64,000 nucleotides of DNA from an uncultured Actinomycetes bacterium (lineage in GTDB: Bacteria; Actinomycetota; Actinomycetes; S36-B12; UBA5976), in NCBI GenBank assembly GCA_903892635.1, contig CAITJH010000017.1:50909-114908 (forward strand), in the 5' to 3' direction. Below the pieces are notes generated by a model, which did no database searches, was not told the DNA's origin, and saw only the letters and a list, made by a program, of their open reading frames with translations. Numbering within the stretch: the stretch's first letter is position 1; each line of letters begins with the position of its first letter. This document shows, one piece after another, positions 37,979 to 49,834 of the stretch. Both the position numbers and the translations under genes were made by a program.

Positions 37979-39342
37979 GCGACATGACAATGGCACAAGC
38001 AGTCGAGATTGCAATGGAGCTTGTTGGACAAGGCGTAGTTGTCGGCGAAGTGAATTCGGCGCGTAACTTGCGGTGGGCCAATTCAGCGCTTACTACCAAT
38101 GGCGACACCATCGACCAGTCTCTCTCAATCGCAGCATTTGTCGATACAACTGAAGGCGTGGCCAGTGGCATCTCAAGTGGGCAAGTTCGAACGCGTGATG
38201 ACATCGTTGCGCTCGTAGAAGCAAGTAAGGCAAGCGCTCGAGCTGCTGGTGCAGCCCAAGATGCAATGGAATTGGTCGCAGGTCCAGTACACGATGATTT
38301 CGCCTTAGCGGCTCCTGCAGTCGTTAACGATGGTCTTGCTGAGCTTGCGCCACAACTTGGGGACGCATTTTCGCAAGGTGAATTCTTTGGATACGCAGAG
38401 CACTCCCAAGACACGATGTACGTCGCCACATCAGCGGGAACTCGCATGCGATTTTCGCAAGCTACATCTCGATTTGAGTTATGCGCAAAGAGCGTTGAAC
38501 GCGATCGTTCTGCATGGAGTGGGCAATCTGGAACAACACTGACTGATGTGTCTGTTGCCGAACATGCTCTCACCGTGCTTCGTGGCTTGGAACATCAAAA
38601 AAATCGAATCGAGCATGACCCCGGTCAACACACAGTGACACTGTCATCGAGTGCCATGGCTGACTTAATGATTTACCTGCTGTGGAGTGCAACAGCCCGA
38701 GAGGCTCACGAAGGACGCAGCGTATTTAGCAATCCAATGGGTGGAACCCGTATCGGTGAACAACTCTCCAAGCGCAAAATTACGATCGCCACAGATCCTC
38801 GACTTCGCGGACTTGAAACCTATGACCACGTTGTCAATCTTGGATCGTCATCAATGTCGAGTTCATTCGATACTGGGCTTGCAATCCCCCGCGCTGAAAT
38901 TATTCGAGATGGACAACTTGAATCTCTAGGAAGTAGCCGCCAAGCTGCAGCCGAAGCAGGTCTGCCATTCACTCCACTGAGCGACAACATCGATGTGCAT
39001 GACAAAGCCGGACACGGATCCCTCGATGAACTAGCGGCACGAATGCACGATGGCTTGTTGATTACGTGCCTGTGGTACATCCGAGAAGTAGATCCACAAT
39101 CACTACTTCTCACCGGCCTAACTCGAGATGGCGTTTACGTAGTCAAGAACGGTGAAATTATCGGTGCGGCAAATAATTTCCGCTTCAATGAATCTCCAGT
39201 TGGGATTTTGTCACGCATTACCGATGCTGGCGATTCAGTTAATTGTCTGCCGCGTGAATGGGCTGATTGGTTCGCACGTGCTCGAGTCTGCCCCGTCACA
39301 ATCGATCAGTTCAACCTCTCGACACGATCGGACGCCGTGTAG
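37975..39342 (+). CDS. pmbA: TldE/PmbA family protein (partner of TldD)
   Basis: 455-aa paralogue of the upstream gene that lacks the HExxxH motif. ATGA overlap with tldD. Confidence 0.75.
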   Translation: MSDMTMAQAVEIAMELVGQGVVVGEVNSARNLRWANSALTTNGDTIDQSLSIAAFVDTTEGVASGISSGQVRTRDDIVALVEASKASARAAGAAQDAMELVAGPVHDDFALAAPAVVNDGLAELAPQLGDAFSQGEFFGYAEHSQDTMYVATSAGTRMRFSQATSRFELCAKSVERDRSAWSGQSGTTLTDVSVAEHALTVLRGLEHQKNRIEHDPGQHTVTLSSSAMADLMIYLLWSATAREAHEGRSVFSNPMGGTRIGEQLSKRKITIATDPRLRGLETYDHVVNLGSSSMSSSFDTGLAIPRAEIIRDGQLESLGSSRQAAAEAGLPFTPLSDNIDVHDKAGHGSLDELAARMHDGLLITCLWYIREVDPQSLLLTGLTRDGVYVVKNGEIIGAANNFRFNESPVGILSRITDAGDSVNCLPREWADWFARARVCPVTIDQFNLSTRSDAV

Positions 39343-39368
39343 ACAACTGGCTCAACCACCAAGGAGTC

Positions 39369-39581
39369 TTACGCGTCTTCGAGACGGAAGCCGACCTTCA
39401 TACCAACTTGGAAGTGCGCGATCTCGCCATCCATGATGTTTCCGCGAACTTGTGTTACTTCGAACCAATCAAGGTGGCGAATTGTCTCGGAAGCACGTTT
39501 GATGCCATTGCGAATCGCTTGGTCAATGCCATCAGGCGACGTTCCAACGATTTCGGTTACTCGGTATGTTCGATCAGCCAT
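39369..39581 (-). CDS. Dodecin (flavin-binding) family protein
   Basis: 70 aa. Y.V.E.VGTS..G.D.A...G..RA..T.R.L.WFEV pattern. Confidence 0.8.
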   Translation of the reverse strand: MADRTYRVTEIVGTSPDGIDQAIRNGIKRASETIRHLDWFEVTQVRGNIMDGEIAHFQVGMKVGFRLEDA

Positions 39582-39631
39582 GGGTGCTCCTTCAAGATGC
39601 CTACTTAGTCTTCACACCGTACTCTAGAGGT

Positions 39632-39925
39632 ATGCCTGAAGAGCCGGAAGTATTCAGTATCACTGGAGCCGCTTTGGGCATTTCTGAAGAGCAAAAATCC
39701 CGTCAACGTCGGTACTTATTCAGCATGAGTCTGCGTACCGTGTGCTTCGTTGCTGGAATTGCCACAACTGGCTGGCTGCGCTGGACGTTCATTACCGGAG
39801 CAATCCTTCTGCCCTACATCTCAGTTGTCATTGCGAACGCTGGACGAGAAAGACGCCTGAGTGGACCAGATCTGATTTCGCCAGGAGCATCACGCGTGGC
39901 AATCACAGACTCACCACGCGACTAA
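39632..39925 (+). CDS. DUF3099 family small membrane protein
   Basis: 97 aa from ATG 39632. RQRRYLFSMSLRTVCF plus two TM helices. The ORF-track start at 39566 would overlap the dodecin gene. Confidence 0.6.
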   Translation: MPEEPEVFSITGAALGISEEQKSRQRRYLFSMSLRTVCFVAGIATTGWLRWTFITGAILLPYISVVIANAGRERRLSGPDLISPGASRVAITDSPRD

Positions 39926-39935
39926 TCTTGAGTGT

Positions 39936-40703
39936 GTGTACAAGTTTCTGCTAACTCCAAAATGGATCGCATTGACACTTGTTGCACTGATGCTGCTACC
40001 TGCATTCAACGCACTTTCACAGTGGCAATGGAGCCGACTTCACCAACGACAGGCATACAACGCTGTCATTGTGACTAATCAGAAACTGCCGCCAGCAGAG
40101 CTCGGTGACGTTGAAAATTCTGCGACACGAACGATCGATCCGAGTCATCAGTGGCGGCTCCTGCATCTCGTTGGACATTGGGATCAGGCGCATCAAGTAT
40201 TCGTTCGCAAACAAAGTTTTGAATCCGAATTGGGATTCTGGGTCATTACGCCATTTGTCACATCCGCCGGAACTATCGACATCAATCGAGGTTGGGCGAT
40301 AGCAGGAAAGACTGCACACGACTCCCCTACAGTTTCGGACCCGCCAGCAGGCACTGTCGAAGTTGCCGCTCGAGTTCGAATTCTTAGTTCAACGCAAAAG
40401 CCGCGTCCTGCAGATTTACCTACAGGTCAAGTCGACTCAATCAATCCTTCGCAACAAGTGACCGACAATTCCATTGTTACTAATGCTTACGGAGAACTCG
40501 TCGCTAGTCGACCCGACTCTGGTGTGGGGCTGAAATTGATTCCAACACCAGAAATTACTGAAGGCCCTCATCGCTCATACGCGTTGCAGTGGATTTTCTT
40601 TGGAATTATGACAATTATTGGCTGGGTAATTCTGGTTCGGAATGAAGCGCAGAATCTGAAAACTGCCGATGGTAAAGATCCGCATATAGGCCACCCTCAG
40701 TAA
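39936..40703 (+). CDS. SURF1 family cytochrome oxidase assembly protein
   Basis: 255 aa. N-terminal TM helix with the QWQWSRL motif and a C-terminal TM helix preceded by HRSYALQW. Confidence 0.7.
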   Translation: MYKFLLTPKWIALTLVALMLLPAFNALSQWQWSRLHQRQAYNAVIVTNQKLPPAELGDVENSATRTIDPSHQWRLLHLVGHWDQAHQVFVRKQSFESELGFWVITPFVTSAGTIDINRGWAIAGKTAHDSPTVSDPPAGTVEVAARVRILSSTQKPRPADLPTGQVDSINPSQQVTDNSIVTNAYGELVASRPDSGVGLKLIPTPEITEGPHRSYALQWIFFGIMTIIGWVILVRNEAQNLKTADGKDPHIGHPQ

Positions 40704-42519
40704 GTAGTTCATCGTGAGTACCTCGCTGTACTACTTGACCAGCATCAATTACCAAAATCTGGTCTGCTTGGCGGATCGTGGATAATCTGTGAGCAATAAC
40801 TAGCGACGTGCGTCCACGCAGCGCAGTCATCAAGGCTAACTGAACTGCGGATTCACTTTCACTATCTAGGTGAGCAGTTGCTTCATCAAGTACGACAACA
40901 TCTGGAGCCTTGATCAGTAATCGAGCAATCGCTAAACGTTGTTTTTCTCCGCCCGATAGACGATAGCCCCGATCGCCAACAACTGTGTCTAAGCCTTGGG
41001 GCAGCTCGTCGATAAGGTGAGCAATTTGTGCATCGCAACAAGCCTTCATGATGTCGTCGTCAGTTGCAGTCGGATTGGCATAGAGCAAATTAGCTCGAAT
41101 GGTGTCGTGGTACATATGCGAATCTTGCGACACGACACCTACGACTGACCGAAGAGATTCTTGCGTCACGTTCTTAACATCTTGCTCACCGACACAAACT
41201 GATCCTGATGTTGCATCAAACAGTCGCGATACAAGCGAAATAGTCGTGCTCTTACCTGCACCAGAAGGACCGACGAGCGCCACAAGCTGACCTGGCTCAA
41301 CGCGAAATGACATATCTTTAATCACTAATTCTTCTTGCGTTGGTACATCTGGTCGAGCGACTACTTCCAAGCTCGCGAGTGAAACTTCTTCAGAACTTGG
41401 GTAGCGGAAATTGACATTCTTAAACTCAACACTCGTGGCACCGCGAGGCAACACAACTGCATCTATTGCATCTTTCACCATTGGTTCCAGATCAAGTACC
41501 TCGAAAACTCTTTCGAAAGAGACAAGCGAAGTCATGATGTCTACGCGCACGTTTGCTAGCGCCGTGATAGGACCGTAGAGCCGCGCTAACAACGCTACGA
41601 GTGCCAGCAACGTTCCTAGAGTTAGGACCCCAGAAATAACTGCATTTCCACCGATGCCGTACACCAGGGCAGTGGCCAACGAACCTACGAGCATCATTGC
41701 CGTGAAAAACACACTACTTGCCATTGCGATGTTGACGCCAACGTCACGAACTTGAGCAGCACGGGCAGAAAATTGTGCAGTTTCCCGATCAGGTTGTCCA
41801 AATAACTTCATGAGCAACGCGCCAGAAACATTAAATCGCTCTGACATTTGCGTACTCATTGCCGCATTGTTATCAGCCTGTTCACGAGTCAACTGTTGCA
41901 ACTTTTTGCCCATTAATCGAGCCGGCAGCATAAACAGTGGAAGCAATAGTAACGAAGCCACGGTGATCTTCCATGACAAAGCAAGCATCGTGCCAGCAAC
42001 TGCAATTAAGGTGATGAGATTTCCTACAACTCCCGCAAGCGTCGATGTGAAGGCGCGTTGAGCCCCCATCACATCGCTATTGAGTCGCGAGATCAAGGCA
42101 CCAGTTTGTGCCCGAGTAAAGAATGCGATGGATTGTCGTTGCACATGATCAAATACCTGAGTGCGAAGGTTGTATATGAGGCCCTCACCAATTTGTGACG
42201 ATATCTTGCGAGTAAAGACGCTAATGGATGCATCAAAAATTGCCAGGAAAGCAATCAGTAAGGCCGTTATTGTGACGGCTCGAGAATCCTTATTGGGGAT
42301 GTAAGTATCGACGATCGTTCGAAAAAGTAAAGGCTGAACGACAACTAAGAGGGAATCAATGACGAGCAACACCAAGTAAATAGCAATGAGCTTCTTAAAG
42401 CCTCGCGCATAGGACAAAACCCTACGTACAGTTCCTCGATTAAGTCGTTGGTCTTTGACGGACTTATCCGATGTGAACCCCCGATAAGCGGCCCACAGAC
42501 TTCCAGAATGCATACTCAT
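40615..42519 (-). CDS. ABC transporter, fused permease/ATPase (MsbA-like exporter)
   Basis: 634 aa. Six-TM domain followed by an NBD with GPSGAGKST, LSGGEKQRLAIAR and VVVLDEATAHLD. Confidence 0.85.
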   Translation of the reverse strand: MSMHSGSLWAAYRGFTSDKSVKDQRLNRGTVRRVLSYARGFKKLIAIYLVLLVIDSLLVVVQPLLFRTIVDTYIPNKDSRAVTITALLIAFLAIFDASISVFTRKISSQIGEGLIYNLRTQVFDHVQRQSIAFFTRAQTGALISRLNSDVMGAQRAFTSTLAGVVGNLITLIAVAGTMLALSWKITVASLLLLPLFMLPARLMGKKLQQLTREQADNNAAMSTQMSERFNVSGALLMKLFGQPDRETAQFSARAAQVRDVGVNIAMASSVFFTAMMLVGSLATALVYGIGGNAVISGVLTLGTLLALVALLARLYGPITALANVRVDIMTSLVSFERVFEVLDLEPMVKDAIDAVVLPRGATSVEFKNVNFRYPSSEEVSLASLEVVARPDVPTQEELVIKDMSFRVEPGQLVALVGPSGAGKSTTISLVSRLFDATSGSVCVGEQDVKNVTQESLRSVVGVVSQDSHMYHDTIRANLLYANPTATDDDIMKACCDAQIAHLIDELPQGLDTVVGDRGYRLSGGEKQRLAIARLLIKAPDVVVLDEATAHLDSESESAVQLALMTALRGRTSLVIAHRLSTIRQADQILVIDAGQVVQRGTHDELLTEGGLYADLYHRQFSDSALHSEPELPSQ

Positions 42520-42536
42520 GATGCATCCACTCTAAG

Positions 42537-44135
42537 TTACGCAAGCGAGATGAGATCAAGGTAGTCATCGTTCCAGATGTCTTCGACCCCATCTGGCAGG
42601 AGAAGTACTCGCTCCGGATTAAGAGCGGAAACGGCTCCCTCATCGTGAGAAACCAGCACAACTGCACCTTCAAAAGTACTTAGAGCATCCAAAATTTCCG
42701 CTCGGCTGGCAGGATCCAAGTTGTTTGTCGGTTCATCTAGCAGCAGAACGTTTGCAGCTGAGACCACAAGCATCGCCAAGCTCAATCGAGTCTTTTCTCC
42801 ACCAGAAAGCACACCTGCAGGCTTATTTACTGCATCACCCGAAAAGAGAAATGATCCCAGCACGCTACGCACCTGTGTGTCATTGAGTTCAGCCGATGCA
42901 GACATCATGTTGTCTAAGACTGTTCGTTCATCATCGAGAGTTTCATGTTCCTGCGCGTAATATCCGATTTTCAGACCATGCCCTGCGATGATTTCGCCGG
43001 TGTCTGGTTGGTCAACTCCACCCAGCATTCGCAGCAAGGTAGTTTTTCCTGCACCATTAAGCCCGAGAACAACAACTTTGGATCCTTTATCGATTGCTAG
43101 ATCAACATCGGTGAAAATTTCGAGTGAACCATACGATCGGCTCAATCCTGTAGCCATCAAGGGAGTCTTGCCACATGGACTCGGAGTTGGGAATCGCAAC
43201 TTCGCAACTCGATCGGCAACTCGCTCGCCTTCGAGACCTTCCATAATGCGATCTGCTCGTTTCAACATGCCTTGTGCAGCTTTGGCTTTTGATGCCTTGG
43301 CTCGCATTCGGTCTGCTTGCTGCTTAAGGACTGCAGCCTGCTTTTCGGCATTGGCATACTCACGCTTACGTCGGCGTTCGTCCGTTTCGCGAGCATTGAG
43401 ATATTCTTTCCATCCGACGTTATAGAGATCAAGTGTTTGTCGATTGGCGTCAAGATGAAAAACTCTATTAACAGTTGCCTCTAATAATTCAACATCGTGA
43501 CTAATCACGATCAATCCACCTTGATGGTTTTGCAAGAAGCCCCGCAACCATGCAATCGAATCAGCATCAAGGTGGTTTGTCGGCTCATCGAGTAAGAGTG
43601 TTTCTGCTCCACTGAAAAGAATTCTTGCAAGCTCAATACGTCGCCGCTGTCCACCTGATAACGTGCCGAGCTCTTGGTCGAGCGTGGTGCGGGTAAGGCC
43701 AACTGCACTGGCAAGCGTCGCTGCCTCACTTTCAGCTGCATAGCCACCTGCGGCTTGAAAATCTGCTTCGGCATTTGTGTACTTGCGCATTCCGCGGTCG
43801 CGAACATCTTCATCATCACTTGCCATGTCTTGCTCTGCTTGACGTAGCCGACGCATCGCGTCATCTAGGCCACGTGCAGAAAGAATTCGATCCATGGCGA
43901 TGACATCAAGGTCACCTGTGCGAGGATCTTGGGGCAAATACCCCACCGATCCTCCTGTTGCGACAAGCCCGCCTGCGGGCTGTGTCACACCCGCCAAAAC
44001 TTTGGTCAGCGTAGTTTTGCCAGCACCATTTCGACCTACGAGACCAACTCGATCGCCGGCATCAATTCGAAATGTGGCCCCACCGAGCAACAGTTCTGCC
44101 CCAGCACGCAACTCAAGATCAGTTACTTGAATCAC
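42537..44135 (-). CDS. ABC-F family ATPase (two NBDs, no TM domain)
   Basis: 532 aa. GRNGAGKTT / LSGGQRRR, then GLNGAGKTT / LSGGEKTR, with a charged inter-domain linker. Confidence 0.85.
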   Translation of the reverse strand: MIQVTDLELRAGAELLLGGATFRIDAGDRVGLVGRNGAGKTTLTKVLAGVTQPAGGLVATGGSVGYLPQDPRTGDLDVIAMDRILSARGLDDAMRRLRQAEQDMASDDEDVRDRGMRKYTNAEADFQAAGGYAAESEAATLASAVGLTRTTLDQELGTLSGGQRRRIELARILFSGAETLLLDEPTNHLDADSIAWLRGFLQNHQGGLIVISHDVELLEATVNRVFHLDANRQTLDLYNVGWKEYLNARETDERRRKREYANAEKQAAVLKQQADRMRAKASKAKAAQGMLKRADRIMEGLEGERVADRVAKLRFPTPSPCGKTPLMATGLSRSYGSLEIFTDVDLAIDKGSKVVVLGLNGAGKTTLLRMLGGVDQPDTGEIIAGHGLKIGYYAQEHETLDDERTVLDNMMSASAELNDTQVRSVLGSFLFSGDAVNKPAGVLSGGEKTRLSLAMLVVSAANVLLLDEPTNNLDPASRAEILDALSTFEGAVVLVSHDEGAVSALNPERVLLLPDGVEDIWNDDYLDLISLA

Positions 44136-44182
44136 GAGTGGTAGCGCCGTTCTCTAGAAGAATTACAAAAGTTGTTGCAGGG

Positions 44183-44496
44183 CTAAATATTAAAGCCCAA
44201 CGCACGCAACATTTCGCGACCGTCATCCGTGATCTTATCTGGACCCCATGGCGGCATCCACACCCAGTTCAACTTGAAGTCGCTCACATGACCATCCAAA
44301 GCCGCGCGAGCCTGGTCTTCGATGACGTCAGTCAGCGGGCAGGCAGCCGAAGTAAGCGTCATATCGATTGTCGCTGCGTTTGCCTCATCGACAGTGACGC
44401 CATACACCAATCCGAGATCGACCACATTGATACCCAATTCAGGATCAACTACGTCGCGTAACAACTCAAAGACATCGTCTTCTTTAATAGTTTCCA

Positions 44497-44497
<1 letters not shown>
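44183..44497 (-). CDS. sufT: Fe-S assembly protein SufT (DUF59/MIP18 family)
   Basis: 104 aa from the ATG at 44497, which overlaps the sufU stop as TAATG. Motif VVDPELGINVVDLGLVY...TSAACP. Confidence 0.75.
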
Positions 44498-46217
<1,720 letters not shown>

Positions 46218-46970
46218 CTACGCCGTTACAAACTGCGCATAACCGTTCTCTTCGATTTCAGCAGCTAACTCAGGGCCACCTTCACGAACGATACGGCCTT
46301 CGAAGAACACGTGAACAAAATCAGGCTTGACGTAATTCAAAATTCGCGTGAAGTGAGTGATCACAAGCATGCCTGTGTCGCCTGTTGCGCGAACACGATT
46401 GATACCTTCAGAAACAATACGAAGCGCATCAACGTCTAGACCTGAGTCAGTTTCGTCAAGAACAGCGATCTTTGGCTTCAGAAGTTCAAGCTGCAAAATT
46501 TCCGTACGCTTGCGCTCGCCACCAGAGAAGCCTTCATTGACTGAACGCTCTGCGAATGTTGGATCAATCTGAAGAGCCGACATGGCTTCCTTCATTTCCT
46601 TGATCCAGGTACGTAGGTTAGGAGCTTCGCCACGGATGGCTGTAGCTGAGGTACGAAGGAAGTTCGATACTGATACGCCTGGTACTTCAACTGGATACTG
46701 CATTGCAAGAAAGAGTCCGGCGCGGGCACGCTCGTCGACAGACATTTCAAGAACTTCTTGACCATCGAGCAACACTGAACCGCCAGTGATGTCGTACTTA
46801 GGGTGACCGGCAATTGCGTACGCAAGAGTCGACTTACCTGAACCGTTAGGTCCCATCAATGCATGTGTTTCGCCAGCCTTAACGGTTAGGTCAACGCCGC
46901 GCAAAATATCTTTCGGGCCGTCATCAGTTGCTACCTGAACTTGCAGGCCCTTGATTTCTAGTGTGGACAT
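46218..46970 (-). CDS. sufC: Fe-S cluster assembly ATPase SufC
   Basis: 250 aa. Motifs GPNGSGKST, FSGGERKR and AVLDETDSGLD. Confidence 0.9.
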   Translation of the reverse strand: MSTLEIKGLQVQVATDDGPKDILRGVDLTVKAGETHALMGPNGSGKSTLAYAIAGHPKYDITGGSVLLDGQEVLEMSVDERARAGLFLAMQYPVEVPGVSVSNFLRTSATAIRGEAPNLRTWIKEMKEAMSALQIDPTFAERSVNEGFSGGERKRTEILQLELLKPKIAVLDETDSGLDVDALRIVSEGINRVRATGDTGMLVITHFTRILNYVKPDFVHVFFEGRIVREGGPELAAEIEENGYAQFVTA

Positions 46971-46972
46971 CC

Positions 46973-47290
46973 TTAGCTCCTCGCTGCTAGGTGAATTTCT
47001 GGATCAGAATCGTCACTGAGTGTGACGACATAGGTTTCGAGAGGTCGTACAGCTGGCGGGCCAGAAGGCTCGCCGGTTCGTAAATCAAATGCAGAGCCGT
47101 GAAGCCAGCACTCAATACCGCAATCAACAATGTCGCCTTCGCTCAGCGAAACTTCAGCATGCGTGCAGGTATCACTGACAGCAAAGACTTCATCGCCAAT
47201 GCGAACGACGAGTACGTCTTCCCCATCAACGTCCACCTTGTGCGGTACCCGATCTGCAAGTTCTGAAAGTTTCACTACAGCGCTGCTCAT
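46973..47290 (-). CDS. Rieske [2Fe-2S] ferredoxin (non-haem iron oxygenase ferredoxin-subunit-like), embedded in the suf operon
   Basis: 105 aa. Rieske ligand boxes CTHAEVSLSEG and CWLHGSAF. 1-nt overlap with the sufD stop and a 2-nt gap to sufC. Confidence 0.8.
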   Translation of the reverse strand: MSSAVVKLSELADRVPHKVDVDGEDVLVVRIGDEVFAVSDTCTHAEVSLSEGDIVDCGIECWLHGSAFDLRTGEPSGPPAVRPLETYVVTLSDDSDPEIHLAARS

Positions 47291-48432
47291 TAGCTGCCTG
47301 CCAAGCGATCTTCGATGCGTGCGCGAACGCGATCATCGATTTCGTGAACGTTAATTTGATTCAGCAAATCTTCAAAGAAACCGCGCAATACAAGATTGCG
47401 TGCCTCTTCACCTGAGATTCCGCGTGACATCAAGTAAAACAATTGCTCGTCATCAAAACGACCGGTTGTACTTGCGTGGCCAGCACCTACGATTTCGCCG
47501 GTTTCAATTTCCAAGTTGGGAACTGAATCGGCACGACCGCCTTGGCTTAGCACCAAGTTGCGGTTAATTTCATAGGTTTCCGTACCGATTGCAGCGGCAC
47601 GGATGAGCACATCTCCAACCCATACAGTGTGTGCGTTCTCACCATTGAGTGCACCCTTGTAGACCACGTTGCTGCGGCAGTGATCAATGCTGTGGTCAAC
47701 GAACAAACGATGTTCGGCATGCTGGTTAGGTCCAGCAAAATAGAGACCGATTAATTCAGCATCTCCACCAGGAGCGGTGTAGTTCACGCTTGGAATGAGG
47801 CGAACAACTTCGCCGCCGAGTGTGACCACGACGTGCTTAACGCGAGCATCGCGACCCAGCGTGATTCGATGATGGCTCAGTTGAACCGCATCCGAATCCC
47901 AGTCCTGAATCGATACAACGGTTAGCTGGGCACCATCGGCAACATTGATATCAACATTCGCCGCAAGGGTTGCAGAACCAGTGTGATCAAGAATGACTGT
48001 CGCTCGCGAATGCTGTTCGGCATTGATGTCGAGCTGGCCGTATTCAACGACTGACGAACCAGTAAAAGCCACATTGATAACTCCGGCAATGTCAGCATTC
48101 TTTGGAATTGTCAAAGTCGACACAGTTGAAGCATGTTCCCATGCTGAGGCTGCGACACGATCAGTAAAACCGCGACGAGTTGTGTCCTTGGCGGTGTCAT
48201 TTACCAAGGTCACGCCGTCAACGACATCTGCTGACAGTGACCATGTCTTACCTTCTGGAGCGTTTTCTGAATGTAAGTTCTTCACTCGCTTGAGCGGAGT
48301 AAATCGCCATGCTTCTTCGCGACCAGTTGGTACATCGAATCCATCGCCTGTCAGCGAGAAAATTGATGGAGCATGATCCGTTGCCGGTACAAACTCAATT
48401 TCATATTCTTTAACGGCAGTCACGTTAGCCAA
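47290..48432 (-). CDS. sufD: Fe-S cluster assembly protein SufD
   Basis: 380 aa beta-helix SufBD family protein. Overlaps sufB by 8 nt. C-terminal FYLMSRGI motif. Confidence 0.85.
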   Translation of the reverse strand: MANVTAVKEYEIEFVPATDHAPSIFSLTGDGFDVPTGREEAWRFTPLKRVKNLHSENAPEGKTWSLSADVVDGVTLVNDTAKDTTRRGFTDRVAASAWEHASTVSTLTIPKNADIAGVINVAFTGSSVVEYGQLDINAEQHSRATVILDHTGSATLAANVDINVADGAQLTVVSIQDWDSDAVQLSHHRITLGRDARVKHVVVTLGGEVVRLIPSVNYTAPGGDAELIGLYFAGPNQHAEHRLFVDHSIDHCRSNVVYKGALNGENAHTVWVGDVLIRAAAIGTETYEINRNLVLSQGGRADSVPNLEIETGEIVGAGHASTTGRFDDEQLFYLMSRGISGEEARNLVLRGFFEDLLNQINVHEIDDRVRARIEDRLAGS

Positions 48433-49834
48433 CCGCGCCTTCCATTTGTAGTTCGATGAGTCGGTTCAGTTCAAGTGCGTATTCCATTGGAAGTTCACGA
48501 GCAATCGGCTCGACGAATCCACGCACAATCATTGCCATAGCTTCGTCTTCGTTCATTCCGCGCGACATCAAATAGAACAACTGATCTTCAGAGACCTTTG
48601 ATACTGAAGCCTCGTGACCGAGCGCAACATCGTCTTCGCGCACATCAACGTATGGATACGTATCTGAACGTGAAATGTCATCAACAAGAAGTGCATCACA
48701 CTTCACAGTGCTCTTAGAGCCATGGCAACCTTCAAGCACTTGAATCAAACCACGGTAAGAGGTACGACCGCCACCGCGAGCAACAGACTTACTGATAATT
48801 GATGACGAGGTATTTGGAGCAGCGTGGACCATCTTGGCACCAGCATCCTGATGCTGGCCTTCGCCGGCAAATGCAATCGACAGAGTTTCGCCCTTTGCAT
48901 GTTCGCCTTGCAACCAAATAGCTGGGTACTTCATCGTGACCTTCGAGCCAATGTTTCCATCGACCCATTCCATAGTCGCGCCTTCATAAGCCACGGCTCG
49001 CTTTGTCACCAAGTTGTACACGTTGTTCGACCAGTTTTGAATCGTCGTGTAACGGCAACGAGCGCCCTTCTTGACGATGATTTCAACAACGGCCGAGTGC
49101 AATGAATCACTTGAATAAATCGGTGCAGTGCAACCTTCGACGTAATGCACGTATGCATCTTCGTCAACGATGATCAAGGTTCGTTCGAACTGACCCATGT
49201 TTTCAGTATTAATGCGGAAGTAGGCCTGCAATGGAATTTCTACGTGCACACCCTTAGGTACATAGATGAATGATCCACCTGACCATACTGAAGTGTTCAA
49301 GGCTGCAAACTTGTTATCGCCTACGGGGATAACTGTTCCAAAGTATTCCTTGAATAGCTCTTCGTGCTCACGCAACCCTGTGTCGGTATCAACGAAGATC
49401 ACACCTTGCTCTTCGAGATCCTCACGGATTTTGTGGTATACAACTTCGCTTTCGTACTGAGCAGCTACACCTGCAACGAGACGTTGCTTTTCGGCCTCTG
49501 GAATACCGAGTCGGTCATAGGTGTTCTTGATGTCATCAGGAAGATCTTCCCAACTAGTTGCTTGTTTCTCAGTTGAGCGCACAAAGTACTTTATGTTGTC
49601 GAAGTGAATGCCACTGAGGTCGCTACCCCAGTTCGGCATCGGCTTCTTGCCGAAAAGATCGAGACCCTTGAGGCGCAGATCAAGCATCCACTGTGGCTCG
49701 CTCTTGAGTGCAGAGATGTTGCGAACAACTTCTTCACTCAATCCACGGCGGGCATTCTTGCCAGCTTCGCTTTCGTCGTGCCATCCATACTCATAGTTTC
49801 CAATGGAGTCGATGGTTTCCTGTTGTGTTGTCAT
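48425..49834 (-). CDS. sufB: Fe-S cluster assembly protein SufB (no intein)
   Basis: 469 aa from ATG 49834, which overlaps the sufR stop as ATGA. Starts [20 protein letters not shown]. The ORF-track start at 49957 lies inside sufR. Confidence 0.9.
   Translation of the reverse strand: MTTQQETIDSIGNYEYGWHDESEAGKNARRGLSEEVVRNISALKSEPQWMLDLRLKGLDLFGKKPMPNWGSDLSGIHFDNIKYFVRSTEKQATSWEDLPDDIKNTYDRLGIPEAEKQRLVAGVAAQYESEVVYHKIREDLEEQGVIFVDTDTGLREHEELFKEYFGTVIPVGDNKFAALNTSVWSGGSFIYVPKGVHVEIPLQAYFRINTENMGQFERTLIIVDEDAYVHYVEGCTAPIYSSDSLHSAVVEIIVKKGARCRYTTIQNWSNNVYNLVTKRAVAYEGATMEWVDGNIGSKVTMKYPAIWLQGEHAKGETLSIAFAGEGQHQDAGAKMVHAAPNTSSSIISKSVARGGGRTSYRGLIQVLEGCHGSKSTVKCDALLVDDISRSDTYPYVDVREDDVALGHEASVSKVSEDQLFYLMSRGMNEDEAMAMIVRGFVEPIARELPMEYALELNRLIELQMEGAVG

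Noticed and set aside
37950-38573. 207-aa minus-strand ORF antisense to pmbA. Similar long antisense ORFs occur at 10140-10658, 16689-17126 and 27828-28217
   Set aside because: The compositions are Ala/Ser/Arg/Pro-rich, as is typical of antisense frames of real genes. There are no motifs, and each is fully contained in a confidently called gene.
48425-49834. Possible intein in SufB, as in M. tuberculosis
   Set aside because: At 469 aa the length is that of an intein-free SufB, and the sequence is continuous through the usual insertion region.
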